Part shown: piece after piece, positions 46,325 to 59,961 of the stretch | How positions within the stretch are numbered: the stretch's first letter is position 1 | How the letters are laid out: each line of letters starts with the position of its first letter | Assembly (NCBI GenBank): GCA_964016885.1 | Contig: OZ024741.1 | Location: 101,928,001 to 101,992,000 of the forward strand | DNA: 64,000 nt | Direction: 5' to 3' | Source: Eledone cirrhosa | Lineage: Eukaryota | The notes under the pieces: model-generated | What the model was told of the DNA's origin: nothing | The model's database searches: none | What the model saw: only the letters and a program-made list of their open reading frames with translations | Translations under genes and position numbers: made by a program

Positions 46325-47000
46325 AATAACCATATCCAATTCACAATGGAATACAATCAAAACCAACTCCCATTTCTGGACATCTTAATCATAAAAAAAG
46401 ACACAGATATTGAAACTGACATTCACTACAAACTAACAGATTCCTAATAATTGTTTCTACTTTTGACACAAGGCCAGCAATTACCCAGTTCATTACTGGT
46501 ACTTTATTTTATCGACCCGGTAAGGGTGAAAGGCAAAGTTGACCTTGACGGGATTTGAACTCAGACCGTAAAGGGACGTAACTATGCTGGAAAGCATAGC
46601 GTCCGACCCTCTACTGATACTGCCAGCCTGCTATTCACCTCTAGCCATCCAAAGCACACGAAGACGAACACCCATTTTAATCTAGCAAGAAGAATTTGCA
46701 CAATTGTCTCCAATTATGAAACGCGAAATAAAAGACTTCAAGAATTAAAGGAAATTCTGCTCGAAAGACAGTACCCACCATTATTAATAGATAATGGAAT
46801 AGAAAGGGCTAAAGCAATAGGCATTGAAGAATTACGTAAACCGAAACAAATTCAAGGTACTATCAGATATCTCAACACACAATCCAGGAAATAAGGAAGC
46901 ATACAAAATTATTCACAAGAACATCCCACTATTGAAACAAGATCCAGGAAGGAAACACACAATAATCAAAAGCAAAAGACAACCTAAATCACTAAAAACA
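46325..47000 (+). mobile_element. Degenerate PLE RT fragment (Neptune/Poseidon-type), split by a SINE
   Basis: IQFTMEYNQNQLPFLDILI..TDIHYKLTD | FTSSHPKHTK..LARRICTIVS..RLQELK. Confidence 0.8.
46447..46628 (-). mobile_element. tRNA-derived SINE, major family
   Basis: Consensus match. Confidence 0.9.
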
Positions 47001-47029
47001 TTATATATATATATATATATATATATATA

Positions 47030-47856
47030 ACTTTTCCCAAGTAAAAAAGTGAGGGTATTTTTGTCTACTGAATTTTGTTAAAAGATTAAAGACATTATTT
47101 AAATATTTACTTCTTTAAAATTTCAAATGTCAACACTTCCGGTTATATGTCATTCCTCACTTTTTCTTATGACGTCGCACAACATTCCCCTCTTTTTCTT
47201 AGTCTGTCTTTTTAGATAGATACATAGCTATAACGTACCGCACTGTGGAACAATCACCGTGAAATCCTCCACCCCACATGCAGACACAATCCAAACGTAA
47301 CATACGGTGTCGTTTTCAATGAGGCACCCATTTGTCTTGAAAACAGTGTCCTGGAGATTGGTGGTAAGCCTCTAAGTCATACAGCCTACCTGCTCCTGAC
47401 AGGAGTGTCCAGAGGTCAATGTCTATAAAGCTTTTCCGCGAGACGAGCTACGCAATCAATGATTCTACCATGGTCAATTGTATGTAGCATGCTCTTCATC
47501 TTTGCTCCGGAGGGCCGAACAAAAAATATTGTATACTCTGAGGCTCTAACAATGTAATTTAAATATTTTCTGTTACTTGGAATTTCCAATATAGTTGTAC
47601 AAATTATTGTTTGTTAAAAAATGTGTTCTCTGTTCAGCCTTTATTGTTGTAACTATCAATTTTCTTCAACGTACTGGCTGCTGAACTGGGGAATGCTAAA
47701 AACTATTCAAACCCAACACCTGAACATGTAACCCCCCCCCCCCCATCGCTGACTTGAGAGGGCGTGCGGTATCTATGCACTGGAGTGTAGGGGGGATTCC
47801 TGAAAAGATAAAAAGCCGGTATACCTAGCCGGACGCCAGTCGGACGGGTCAGCTAG
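47030..47856 (+). mobile_element. Internally deleted Helitron with Rep-helicase remnants
   Basis: NEAPICLENSVLEIGGKPL..LPAPDR..ETSY fused to HGQLYVACS..TKNIVYSEAL*; GC-rich hairpin then CTAG|T at 47853-47856. Confidence 0.8.
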
Positions 47857-48200
47857 TATATATATATATATATATATCTATATATCTGGTATATCAAATT
47901 ATTACCATAGAACCACCTTGAATCATAGACAACCTATGTATTTCTAGGGGTACATTGTACCCTCAGATATATTAACTTTATTCATTATTCTCCGTTATGT
48001 AGAGAAAACATTTTGTCGTTCTATCTAGCTGCTAATTTTTTTTGGTGGCGAATATAGACAACAAGTCTACGATTTCCCGCTTTCACTTTACACCAACGTA
48101 TTTATGGGTCACTTTCACGACCTTTCAGACCTGTATTAGTAGGAGTGAGGTCATATATTTTATCGTTCCTGAGGTTTTTAACCCTAGGAAAGGAAAATGC

Positions 48201-48278
48201 TTCTCTGATGATCTTTGTTTTTCCATTAATATCCATGTGATATCTAATGTTTTGCAAAGTGAAACTGTACAGTAAGGG
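48201..48278 (+). ncRNA. Type I hammerhead ribozyme
   Basis: ttct CTGATGA t ctttg...caaag t GAAAC tgtaca GTA aggg; palindromic stem III actgtacagt. Confidence 0.8.
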
Positions 48279-48408
48279 CCACTTGAATTGGTAAATATTT
48301 ATATTATATTTTTTAATTTTGATTAATTTTAATTGTAAATTAATTTTGATTTATTTTGAAAAATTGGTTGAATTTTACTTGTTCTGCTTATCTTGATATA
48401 TATATATA

Positions 48409-48745
48409 TATATTAATATGTATAGAAGTAAACACAGTAAACCCATGTCTAAAATTACGAGGGTAGATTACACCACAAATGTTATATATCATTCAACCTG
48501 AATCATATGGGATGTTACAAGATTTCTTACAAGATTTCTCATACATACCATATCAATAACCATTGATATGGTTATTGATATGGTTATTGATATGGTTATT
48601 GATATGGTATGTATGAGAAATCTTGTAAGAAATCTTGTAACATCCCATATGATTCAGGTTGAATGATATATAACATTTGTGGTGTAATCTACCCTCGTAA
48701 TTTTAGACATGGGTTTACTGTGTTTACTTCTACACATATTAATAT
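48409..48745. repeat. Long inverted repeat (fold-back), about 150-bp arms
   Basis: Arms near-identical; centre is three copies of tatggttattga. Confidence 0.95.
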
Positions 48746-48821
48746 TATAATGCTCAGTATTTATACTTTGAGCTTGTTAATTGCAGGGTATATATATGAG
48801 TTAATAACTCTATATTTTATT

Positions 48822-48865
<44 letters not shown>

Positions 48866-48873
<8 letters not shown>

Positions 48874-49495
48874 TAACAGACTAAAGTTTAAGCATAGAAT
48901 CGCTGCTTTCACCCTTAACGGGATCTTCTGAAACTAAAAAAATCAATCTGTGAACGCAGAAGTAAATATTTGGAAAAACGTTGCAACCGAAGGAAAACAG
49001 GAAGACGATACTTTGGTTCGTGAAGACGTTCCCTGGCAATAAATGGAAAAAACGAAGATAAAATTTCGTTATGTGGAGTGTGAGAACAAATACACGCAAA
49101 GACAAAACCACGTTTATGGTATAAATGAAGTCGTAGAGTAATATTCTATTTAGGAAGCCGAAAGATTCTCGGCTTCAGAGTTAAGAATAATGTAAATAAA
49201 TTAGTAGAACGAAAATGACAGAGGTTATTGAAATCAAATAATTAAATATATACATACACGCATCTATATACGTACATACACAGGCATACGCAAAACACCC
49301 GCCATGCATGCATATACATGCACGTACACATAAACACGCGCACACATACATAAATCCATGCGATACCTGTACCCGCACACATACGAACGCATACACCAAA
49401 TACACATAAAAAAAATATGTGTGTGTGTGTATATACATATAATTATATAAACGTATATAAATATACACACATAAATACGTATATAACGCACGCGC
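48866..49495 (-). mobile_element. PLE family A copy 3, 3'UTR/pLTR only
   Basis: Homologous to 35843-36590. Confidence 0.9.
48885..48935 (-). ncRNA. Family A hammerhead variant (CAGAAGA), copy 3
   Basis: Same core as copies 1 and 2. Confidence 0.72.
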
Positions 49496-49932
49496 AGGAT
49501 TATGTTTGAAGATTTAATCCTTTATATTAATTATTTTTCATAATTCCTTATTAGCTATTATGTATAGTTTGGAACAATAGTATTACTAAATCAATTTGTC
49601 CGTTGTTTTTAAGACCTCAGCCTTATCATCAGAATAATAGGATAGTGACAATGGGGTGTTGTTGCGCGCTTTACAGTAAACCGTAAAGGCTACTAGGAAT
49701 ATGCTGATTCTCGGCTTTAATTTTCTGATAGTAGAATTTGCAGAATAATTTCCTTTTTCTTTTGTGGAATGCTTTGGTAATAAATGTGTTATACAAATTT
49801 TAGTGTAAGCTTCATCATTCGACCTGCAAATCTGGTACCACAAGTACGACACGTTTTATATAACTCGTAACTTCACTTTCCAGACCCTTTGAAAAGAGAA
49901 AGATTTTCATCTATAGATTTCCTAACATCGCT

Positions 49933-50066
<134 letters not shown>

Positions 50067-50077
50067 AATAATACATA

Positions 50078-50345
50078 AATACATACATGGTGGCTGCCAA
50101 CTCGTTTTCGAGTACGGCCACTACTTTATATCCATGTAGGAGAACCCCTACCGATGCGCTGAACGAGTGTGACTTTTTAGTCCAGCCAGCGACTTGAAAA
50201 CTCTGGTACAAACACTACATTTGTGACAATTATTGACACATAGTGCTGGGCCCATGGTACCATGTGACGACAAGTGCAGAGAGATCTCCAGATATAAAGC
50301 AATGCCTGTGCCATGAAGCTTTTATAGTGAGCAAACAATGATGTT
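50078..50345 (-). mobile_element. Short non-autonomous element with RTE-type 3' tail
   Basis: Tail ggccgtactcgaaaacgagttggcagccaccatgtatg resembles RTE tail 60032-60070; (TACA)n on both sides. Confidence 0.65.
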
Positions 50346-50399
50346 GAAATACATACATACATACATACATACTCCGTACATGATAAGCAAAAACTCAAC

Positions 50400-51240
50400 C
50401 CCAGGGAAATTACACAGTATTACCGCAATGAATCCATGGATGAAAAACTGCATGCTTATCAGAAAAAGAATCACGCATGGCTATATTGCAGAAAGCTTCA
50501 AGGTGACAGTAATATACATAAGCAAAGCACTCTATCTTGGATCAACGACCGCTATATTGGCTCTCACTTTGAAGGATATGCTTTTGCAACCCAAGAATAG
50601 GAAATAACAACGAAATACCTAATGCACACAAGAGGTAGTGTTGCAGGCAAAACACCTTGACATAGCAACAAATGCAGACTCTGCAGAATATACATCGAAG
50701 ATGTCACCCATATCATAAGCAGCAGTCCAAAAATGACATCATGATACTGTCAACCTATGAAGTATGATGTCGTGGCCAAAACACAATGCAATCCATGGAA
50801 AGGACAGCCCTGAGAATAAACATATAAAAAGTTACAGTGAGCATAAAAATTACAGTGGAGCACACATACATAACATGAAAGAGTACTGATGGAATGTTCC
50901 AGTCAAACCCCCCAAAATTGCAAACATAACGGACCAAATATAGTGATATGGGACAGAGAAAAAAGGCATGCATAATTTTGGAAATCAGCTGCCCATCAGA
51001 TGTCAATATAAAGCTAAATATTAGCGAAAATAGGAACATTTATACTCCTCTCTGACTAACTTTTAGATTTATACCTGTGATAATTGGTAATCTGGGATAT
51101 GTTACTAACTGCCCCAGTACAAATCTTGAGAGGCTGGGCTTCACAGAACCAAAGAGGGCACGGCTAGTTGAGAAGTTGCAAGGACAGTGCATTAATGGAA
51201 CTATAAACATATGTAAACATTTCAGAAATTCAGCCTGTAA
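50400..51240 (+). mobile_element. Degenerate R4/Dong-like 3' fragment
   Basis: CRLCRIYIEDVTHIIS..IILEISCPSDVNI..IPVIIGNLGYV. Confidence 0.7.
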
Positions 51241-53554
51241 TAATTGCATATAAACATAAATAGATACAGAAAAATATGTACGCATACACATATAACTCAA
51301 AACATACAGATCCACAGAAGCATGGCACACATACGTATTTATCTATTTAATGTTGTCTAAATTCCAATGAAAGAGTTTGTGTCTATGCTAGAAACCGACT
51401 TTCTCTCTATTAGTGAAAATTTATAAAATAATAAAAACAGAAGAACATACATACATACACTCATACATACATGCATAGATACATACTACGTATGCACACA
51501 GACACACAAACACAGACACACAAACATACACACACACACACATATATATATATGTATTTGTGTGTGTGCGTGCGTGTGAATTAAATTTCTTCATTGGATT
51601 TTCGGCGGCATCAATCTGCATGGATAATACATGGCTAATGGATATTAACAGATTCAAGCATAAAAGATAAATTTAGCTCTTCAAGATATCAGCTTTATGT
51701 CACCTGAAGTTCTATAAATTTTCTTTATTCCAGTAGGTAATTCATGGAAAGGAGTCTATCTGCTTGTAGGCAGAATATTCCATTTTCAAAATCACGGTAT
51801 AGTTAATCTTGGTAGAAAACAATTGATGCTCACAAAAGTAAGCTGCACCTCTACATATAAATAGAGTCATGCTGCTCTGTGCTATAATCTATTTGTTTTT
51901 ATCCCTCCGAGATTAGATTTGTCTTTCATCCTTACGGGGTGATATAAAATAAAGTAACAGTAACAAACTGGGGTCAATTTATCAACCTTTCCTTCGCTGC
52001 AAAATTAAAAACAATTATTATTTTGATTGCAGACTGAAGCTGTTTGGAAACCCGTCAGATGGACTGTACTTATAATTCAGAGTGTCACCTTTATAATATT
52101 CTGTATCACAATGAAACTCTCTAAGAATTACATTAAGGTTACACGTGTCTATAGAACGCTCAGCTCCGTGCACGCTAATTTCATTAGCAGCTTGTTCCAT
52201 TGATCAAACAACTGGGACAATCATCGTCGAAAGCGATGGAGGTTCGTCCATTCCATTCCATTATTTTTATGAAGACTAAATCTTTGGGTTTTCCTGAACA
52301 AAGTTCTACCAATAACAACTGTACTTGACTGGTACTTTATATCAAAGGATGAAAAGCAAATTTCACCCCTGGGGGATTTGAACTCTGAACGCAAGAGCTT
52401 GAACGAATTCTGGAAAGCCTTTTGTCCAACACTAACGATTTTGCTTATGCATCGCCCATAAAAATCAAAACAAAAAACGAGAAGAGTAAAATGAAAAACT
52501 AAAACTTGCTTTATGTTGCTGTCGTCGTTGTTGCTATTGTTGTTGTGGCTTTTGTTGTTGTTGTTGTTGCTTTCTGGCTGTTGATGTAGATTCTATCTTT
52601 GTTGCTGTTATTGCTGCTGCTGTTACTCGTTCTGTTGTGGTTACTGTTTTTGGTGTCGTTGTTACTGTTGTTTTACTCTTCTTGTTATTCTTATTACTGT
52701 TCTTATTCTTGTTGTTGCCACTGTTGGTCTTGTTGTTGCTGTTGTTATTGACGATGCTGTGAGTTTTACATTCTATTTTGACAGAAAAAAATACATTAAA
52801 AATTTCATCCCGATAGAAGCTTCTGAAAATTGTTCTCAAATTTCCAAGTCTTCTGAGAAATTATAGACAGAAATCACACTAAAACTGATAAAAAAAGGAA
52901 AATAAAAGCCCAAACATGATTCTGTATAAATGCAAGAAGACATACACAAATATATCTAACTTTAGATAAGTTATTGATGAAGTAGTTTAACCTTTCAGAC
53001 CATTAACTTCATGTTTAGTATTTCAATATTCAGTATTACATTGTGATTTATATATTCACCGGTTATATATTGTAAGATGGACGACATATTGGATTCTCTT
53101 TTGAAAAATCTATAATAGAGAACAAAAGTTGTGTATCCCTGCATGTTGTACGAAGCGTCTAAAACAGTTGGTGCTAAGAAGAGCATCCAGTTGTAAAACA
53201 TTGTCTCAAAAAGAGACCCATGATGATTTTGCAGCGTTTCTTACCATTTATCCTGCTAAAGCACGTTCTTTAGCAGGGCAATGGTTTTAAAACGTGTGTT
53301 GTATCATACTGAACAGCAATTGACTAAAGAAAATACAGACTACGTATGAGATCAATAGTAGCTAGGTTTATTATGAGAGTAATTGGCATTGAATATTTGC
53401 AACGCCGTAGTAGAAAGATAGTCAAAGTTAAAAAAAGAAAGACAAAATGATTTTCCCGATTATTGTCATCTGTTGACATTTATGATATTGGGAATTTCCA
53501 TTTCTGCACCATTAAACATCCGCGTGCGCACACAAACACACATCCACATACACA

Positions 53555-53655
<101 letters not shown>

Positions 53656-53735
53656 ATTCATGCACACACACGCACATATATATATACATATATATACATT
53701 CATGTACACACACATACATAGACAGACAGATAGAT

Positions 53736-53838
<103 letters not shown>

Positions 53839-53849
53839 GTTTAATATAT

Positions 53850-54400
53850 AACTGGCTTCTACAGGACTATAACTGTTTCATTCATCATATGCTGGATTAC
53901 ATTTCCGAGTCACAGTTTCCTTCAATTGACATTCCTTTTGGTCGAATAAATACTTCAATGTGAATTAAGTCAACTGTCAATTCGTATATATCAAGAGAAT
54001 AATTTTTGAAATTCTTGAAAATGATTTTGGTCATGTTTCGGCCGATCGATATCAGTTTTCTCCTTTAGTTTAACATTTGAGTAAGGTCACCAACAATATA
54101 AAGATTTTCTGTAAGGCAGAAGTTGCAGAATTTCGATTCATTCTTGATATTGGAACTTTATGCTTTATTTCGTTTGTCCTTTGTCTTTCGATTTCCAAAT
54201 ATGCTTCGAAAGGGCTATGGGGTTCTTCGAGTGACGATGACAGAACGAGTTGTTGTGCTGGTGCAGTTGACATTTAAAAGAGTTCTCCATGAGTTCTATT
54301 TACCTTGTTAATGTATTGGTGTTGGAGACATCGGCACGATATACATAGCTATTTTTTTCTCGACATTTACCCTGAAGAGTGCAAGTCTTTATACTCAGGT
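53850..54400 (-). mobile_element. Degenerate PLE GIY-YIG fragment
   Basis: LQGKCREKNSYVYRADV..SFKCQLHQHNNSF..ALSKHIWK.KDKG..CNFCLTE. Confidence 0.7.
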
Positions 54401-54593
54401 AATTGAATATTTAGAATTGACCGATGACTTCACCGATCACGTGTTAAAATGAAAACCATTTTTCTCAGTTCAGTGGAGTATATATTCGAGCACAAGACCG
54501 ATTGAACTCAACCCTGGACCAGAAACAAATTCCTAATTATTTACATATAGATATAACATAAAATCTACTCACATTTAAAACAAGACTATAGTC

Positions 54594-55470
54594 TAGGGGT
54601 GTGTAAACCTTTCTCCCCGAGGGCCACATCAAGCATTTGTAACACCCTTGCTGCATCAACAGAATATTGTATTTACTAAATAGTAAAGAAAAATTGAATT
54701 AAGAACAAGAATTGCAGGAGCTGGTGTTGTAAGGCGGCAGCTTCAGCATTCGGTAATCAGAAGAATCGAGGTAGGTGTAAAAGCCAAATTTGCTAGCTTC
54801 AATTCGGTATTCGTACCAAAGAATACGATTGCGAATACAAGTGTGCTGATACCCATCTTTTTCCGTTCAGTGGGTTTATATGTTCAGCCATTATTAGACT
54901 ATTACATGCTTTGACGCAAAGAGTTACGGCCCTTTCCATTCTGAGTTCAAATCCCGCCGAGGTTAACTTTGCCTTTCATCCTTACGGGGTCGATAAAATA
55001 AAGTACCAGTAATGTACTGGGTAATTGCTGGCCTTGTGCCAAAAGTAGAAACAATTATTAGACTATTACGGCAACATTTTCTTCTTCTTCTTCTTCTTCT
55101 TCTTCTTCTTCTTCTTCTTCTTCTTCTTCTTCTTCTTCTTCTTCTTCTTCTTCTTCTTCTTCTTCTTCTTCTTCTTCTTCTTTTCCTTCTTCTTCTTCTT
55201 CTTCTTCTTCTTCTTCTTCTTCTTCTTCTTCTTCTTCTCCCCCCCCCCTCCTCCTTCAAACTCATAATGAGATTTATGAGTTTTACCTCTCTTACTACTC
55301 TTGCATAACTTTGCTGTTGTCTCGACTCAGCATGCCTTATAATTATGTACAAGACAGAGGGTAAATTTGAATCTGTTCGGCAGATTGTCTGAAACAGCAC
55401 AAACTGACATAACTGTGTCCGGAACAGTGAGTTGCATGTGGCCCGCGGATTGTAGTGTTTTCCACTGTTG
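54594..55470. mobile_element. hAT-type MITE with nested SINE and (CTT)n
   Basis: 8-bp TSD ctatagtc (54586-54593, 55471-55478); subterminal gggccacat/atgtggccc. Confidence 0.75.
54906..55053 (+). mobile_element. tRNA-derived SINE, 5'-truncated, with TSD
   Basis: TSD attattagactattac. Confidence 0.9.
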
Positions 55471-55779
55471 CTATAGTCTATACTTAACTTTGAGAACTTT
55501 CATACATTTCGGCAATATTGTTTTAGCCAATGTGTAACTTACTAGTACCACATAACGTATATTTTAAACCGTATATCATAAGTCATACTTTGGGTAACAA
55601 GGTTGTATTGAGCACATTTACCTTTTTGTACAACAATATAAAAGAAACATACATATATGTGTGTGTTAATATAAAATAAATTACGCCCACATTCATAAAC
55701 AATGTATGTATGTATGTATGTATGTATGTATGTATGTATGTATGTATGTATGTACGCATGTATGTATGTATTTTTTTTT

Positions 55780-58700
55780 TTTTTGCGCGGGGACATAGAA
55801 ATAATCGGGCTGGATGCCCGATAGCCCTTGTCAGGGCATTCTTCTAGGAGAAGGCATCTCAGGAAACTGGGTTAACTCCGACATAAAACCTGCGGCTCAG
55901 TAGTTACCGATGATGTTGATCTTTTCTTCTTTTCGGGTTATAGCTACTGTGGCTTAGAGAGTGGGATTGGCTCAGTGCACAGTCTTTCCTCACTTTAAAA
56001 ATATTCGTCACGCACAGGCATTGCACGAGTGCATTAATAATTATTAATAGTGTACTACTATTATTTTTATTATTATTATTATTACTATTATTATTACTTT
56101 TTTTTTTTTTTTTTTTTTCCAATTCAATGATGTTCCAGAACAATGTAAAAGAGATAATTGGCAATTTAGGTTCTGGAACAAAAAAGATCATTGGCAATAA
56201 GGGCAGGGGCCCCAAGTTATCACAGCCTGGGCCCGCTCGTCATCGTGCCATTGTAATAGAGCCAAACAAGGCATTTAGTCTTGGCTGCTGGAACGTACGG
56301 ACGCTGCTTGACAGGGATTCCTTGGAGCGTCCTGAACGAAGGACCGCTCTTGTTGCAAAGGAGCTTCGACGTTACGATCTTGACATCGTGGCTTTATCTG
56401 AGACGAGGTTAGCTGGAGATGGTCATCTTACGGAATTTTGTGGAGAATATACATTCTTCTGGAAAGGAAGAGATGAAGGAACCAGAAGAGAGGCTGGGGT
56501 AGGATTTGCTGTTAAGACTGTACTTGTGAATAAATTAGAAGAATTCCCAGTGGGGATTAGTGAGCGTCTTATGTCCATGAGAGTTCCGCTGGACAAGGGA
56601 AGATATGCTACCCTGGTGAGTGTGTATGCTCCAACTATGAATTCTGTCGATGAAGAAAAACTGTCCTTTTACCATGCCTTGAAAGGTGTTCTAAGAAATA
56701 TCCCTCAGGCAGACAAAGTCATCGTGCTTGGTGACTTTAATGCTAGAGTGCGTAGGGATTTTAACACATGGAATGTAATCGGAAGGCATGGGGTGGGAAA
56801 GTGTAACAGCAATGGTATGCTCCTGCTGCAGATGTGTGAGGAGCTGGATCTGTGTGTTACCAACACCATGTTCCAACAAAAGAACAAATTCAAGACCACG
56901 TGGATGCATCCTGCATCTAAGGAATGGCATCTTTTGGACTACGTCCTAGTCAGGATGCGTGACAGACAGGTTGTGTAGTGTGTTCGTGTTCTTCGTGGAG
57001 CTGAGTGCTGGCCGACCACCGCCTGGTACGCGCAAAAGTGAAACTAATCACCAAACGTAAAATCCGGGCTCCTGGTGTTACCCTGCCCAAAAGATTGAAT
57101 GCTGCTCGTCTTAAGGATAAAAATGTGAAGATGACATTGGAAGAAGAGATGCAGGCTGCAGATCTTGGTGAGGATTGGCCGACCCTTAAAAAGTCGGTTT
57201 ATGATGTAGGCAGACGTGTTCTGGGATTGGTGCAGAGAAAACATCAGGACTGGTTTAATGAGAATGATGTACATGTAGAAGACTTGTTGGCTGATAAGAG
57301 GCGTGCTCTGTCACGCTACTTGACGGCAAAACCACAGGAGAGGAATACGTTGCATGAGGAGCTCAGGGATGTAAAATCACGTGTTAGGCGGAGTCTTTCT
57401 CAGATGAAGGATCAGTGGTGGAGTGAGAAGGCTGGTGAGATACAAACTGCGTCTGATTCCAATAACACAAAGCTGTTGTACAGTCTCTTGCGTGAGGTTT
57501 ATGGACCGTCTTCTTCTCTGGTGACACCGCTTCGCAGCAAGGATGGCAAAGAACTTCTTCGTGACTCACAGGGAATTCTATGAAGGTGGCGAGAGCACTT
57601 TGATGATCTTTTGAATCAGCCGTCTGTCGTCAGTGAAGATTTCCTCAATCTCATTCCAGAAAGTCCTGTGAAAGTAGCTCTCGCAGAACCTCCGACGCTT
57701 GTGGAGGTTGCAGTGGCTATTTCGAAGCTGAACAGTGGAAGATCTCCAGGTATGGATGGCATACATGCTGAGCTCCTACAATATGGTGGTGAGAGACTCC
57801 TGCAACATCTGCACTCTTTGTTTGGCAGGATATGGGCTAATGAATCCGTACCTGAGGACTGGAGAGATGCAGTAATGGTGGTCTTGTACAAGGGAAAGGG
57901 TAACAGGAATGATTGTGGGAACTACAGAGGTATATCATTGCTTTCTGTCGTAGGGAAAGTTTTATGTAGGGTGCTTCTGGACCGTCTGCTGACACACATT
58001 GCAGATTGTGTTCTTCCTGAAAGTCAATCTGGTTTTCGTGCTGGACGCGGCACTACTGATATGATCTTCTCAGCTAGACAGCTCCAGGAGAAGTGCATTG
58101 AACAAGGCTTGGATCTGTATCAGGTTTTTGTTGATCTGACAAAGGCTTTCGATACTGTCAACAGAGAGGCATTATGGAAGATTCTCCAGAAACTTGGTTG
58201 CCCTGATAAGTTCCTTGCTTTAGTTAGGTCTTTCCATGACGACATGAAGGCTTGGGTTAATGTCGGAGGTAACATGTCGGAGCCTATCTCAGTAAAAGAT
58301 GGAGTGAAACAGGGGGATATTCCAGCACCGACCCTGTTTGCCATATACTTTGCAATGGTTTTCTGTATTGCATTCAGGAATTGCGATCATGGTGTTTACA
58401 TCCGATATCGAACCTCAGGCAGCATATTTAACATCAGGCGCTTTGCTGCGAAGACAAAAGTATTTACATCAATCATAAGAGACCTCTTGTATGCAGACGA
58501 TTGCGATCTTGTAGCGCACACAGAGAGTGATATGAAGCACATTTTGAATGCATTTTCTGACGCTTGCACTGCCCTGGGTTTGACTGTCAGTCTCAAGAAA
58601 ACCGTCGTCATATACCAACCTGCCCCTAGTAAGCAGTACACTGAACCAAACATCTATGTGTATGGCAAACGACTTGGAGTGGTTGATCAGTTTGTCTACC

Positions 58701-59784
58701 TGGGAAGCACTGTCAATCGATACGGCAACCTTGACGGTGAAATCTCACTTAGGATTAGGAAAGCAAGTGATGCTTTCGGAAAGCTAGAAAGGCGACTCTG
58801 GGGTCGGCGAGACATATGCAGGAGGACAAAGTTAAAGGTGTACAGGGCATGTGTACTCTCTTGTCTTCTTTATGCCCGCGAGACCTGGGTCACATATCGA
58901 CACCACCTTAAGCAATTGGAGCGTTTCTATCAGATGTGTCTCAGACGGATCCATGGCGTTCGCTGGAGGGACCACATCAGTGATGTCGAGATTTTGGAAA
59001 GCTCTATGTGTGACAGTATAGAAGCTCTTGTGCTTAAGCAACGACTCCGTTGGAGTGGTCACCTTGCCAGGATGAAGGATTCTAGAATACCAAAACAACT
59101 CTTCTATGGAGAGTTGGTTAAAGGAAAACGACCGCTACATAAACCAAAAAAGAGGTATAAGGATTCCTTGAAAGCCTCTCTGAAAGACGCTAACATCTAT
59201 GCTGATACATGGGAAAATATTGCTGCTGATCGTAATAAATGGAGAAAGACTGTATATGAGGGAAAAGTTGCCTTTGAGGCATCTCGAATCACACACAAGA
59301 AAGTAAAGTGGGATGCGAGGAAGGGCATTGCTGTTGCACTTCCAGACGGCGAGGGTCCTCCTATGGTGCTGACATGCAGCGTCTGTGCGAGACTCTGCCT
59401 AAGCAAAGCTGGACTCGAAAGTCATCTTCGCAGTCATAAAGTAAGACCAGTGGTTGACTACCAGTCTCCTGTTGGAGATGCTACTCATCATGCTTGCGAA
59501 ACATGTGGTAGAGAATGTAAATCAGCAAGAGGGCTCAAGCGACATGCAAAAGTACACGAACTCCAACCACAGCCGACTATTCCCAGTGAATGTTTTGGTA
59601 GCCGACTCTGTGCAAGACATTGTAGATCATTGGCTGGGCTAAAAAGCCACGTTCGATCGCAGCACTGTTAGTTGTTATCGTGTGTGTGTGTGTGTAGATA
59701 TGCTTATGTGCGTGCGTGTGTGTGTATATATATATATATGAATATGTATATTATTATTGTTGTTGTCGTTATTATTATTATTGC

Positions 59785-59824
<40 letters not shown>

Positions 59825-59927
59825 GTTATTAATGTATGTGTGTGTGTGTGTATATGTGTGTGTGTATGTGTATGTATGTGTGTATGTATATATGTATGTA
59901 TGTATATATATATATTTATTTTTTTTA

Positions 59928-59961
<34 letters not shown>

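Noticed and set aside
49575-49640. Minus-strand CTGATGA t aagg..ctt HHR candidate
   Set aside because: GAAA and stem III too degraded.
54070-54273. 67-aa ORF as a host exon
   Set aside because: Alternative frame of a decayed PLE GIY-YIG region.
55780-56030. HDV-like ribozyme in the RTE 5'UTR
   Set aside because: Known for some RTEs, but I could not trace the double pseudoknot by eye; needs a descriptor search.
57581-57583. In-frame TGA as selenocysteine or readthrough
   Set aside because: Not at a Cys-type position; the copy has another stop and a frameshift, so decay is the simpler explanation.
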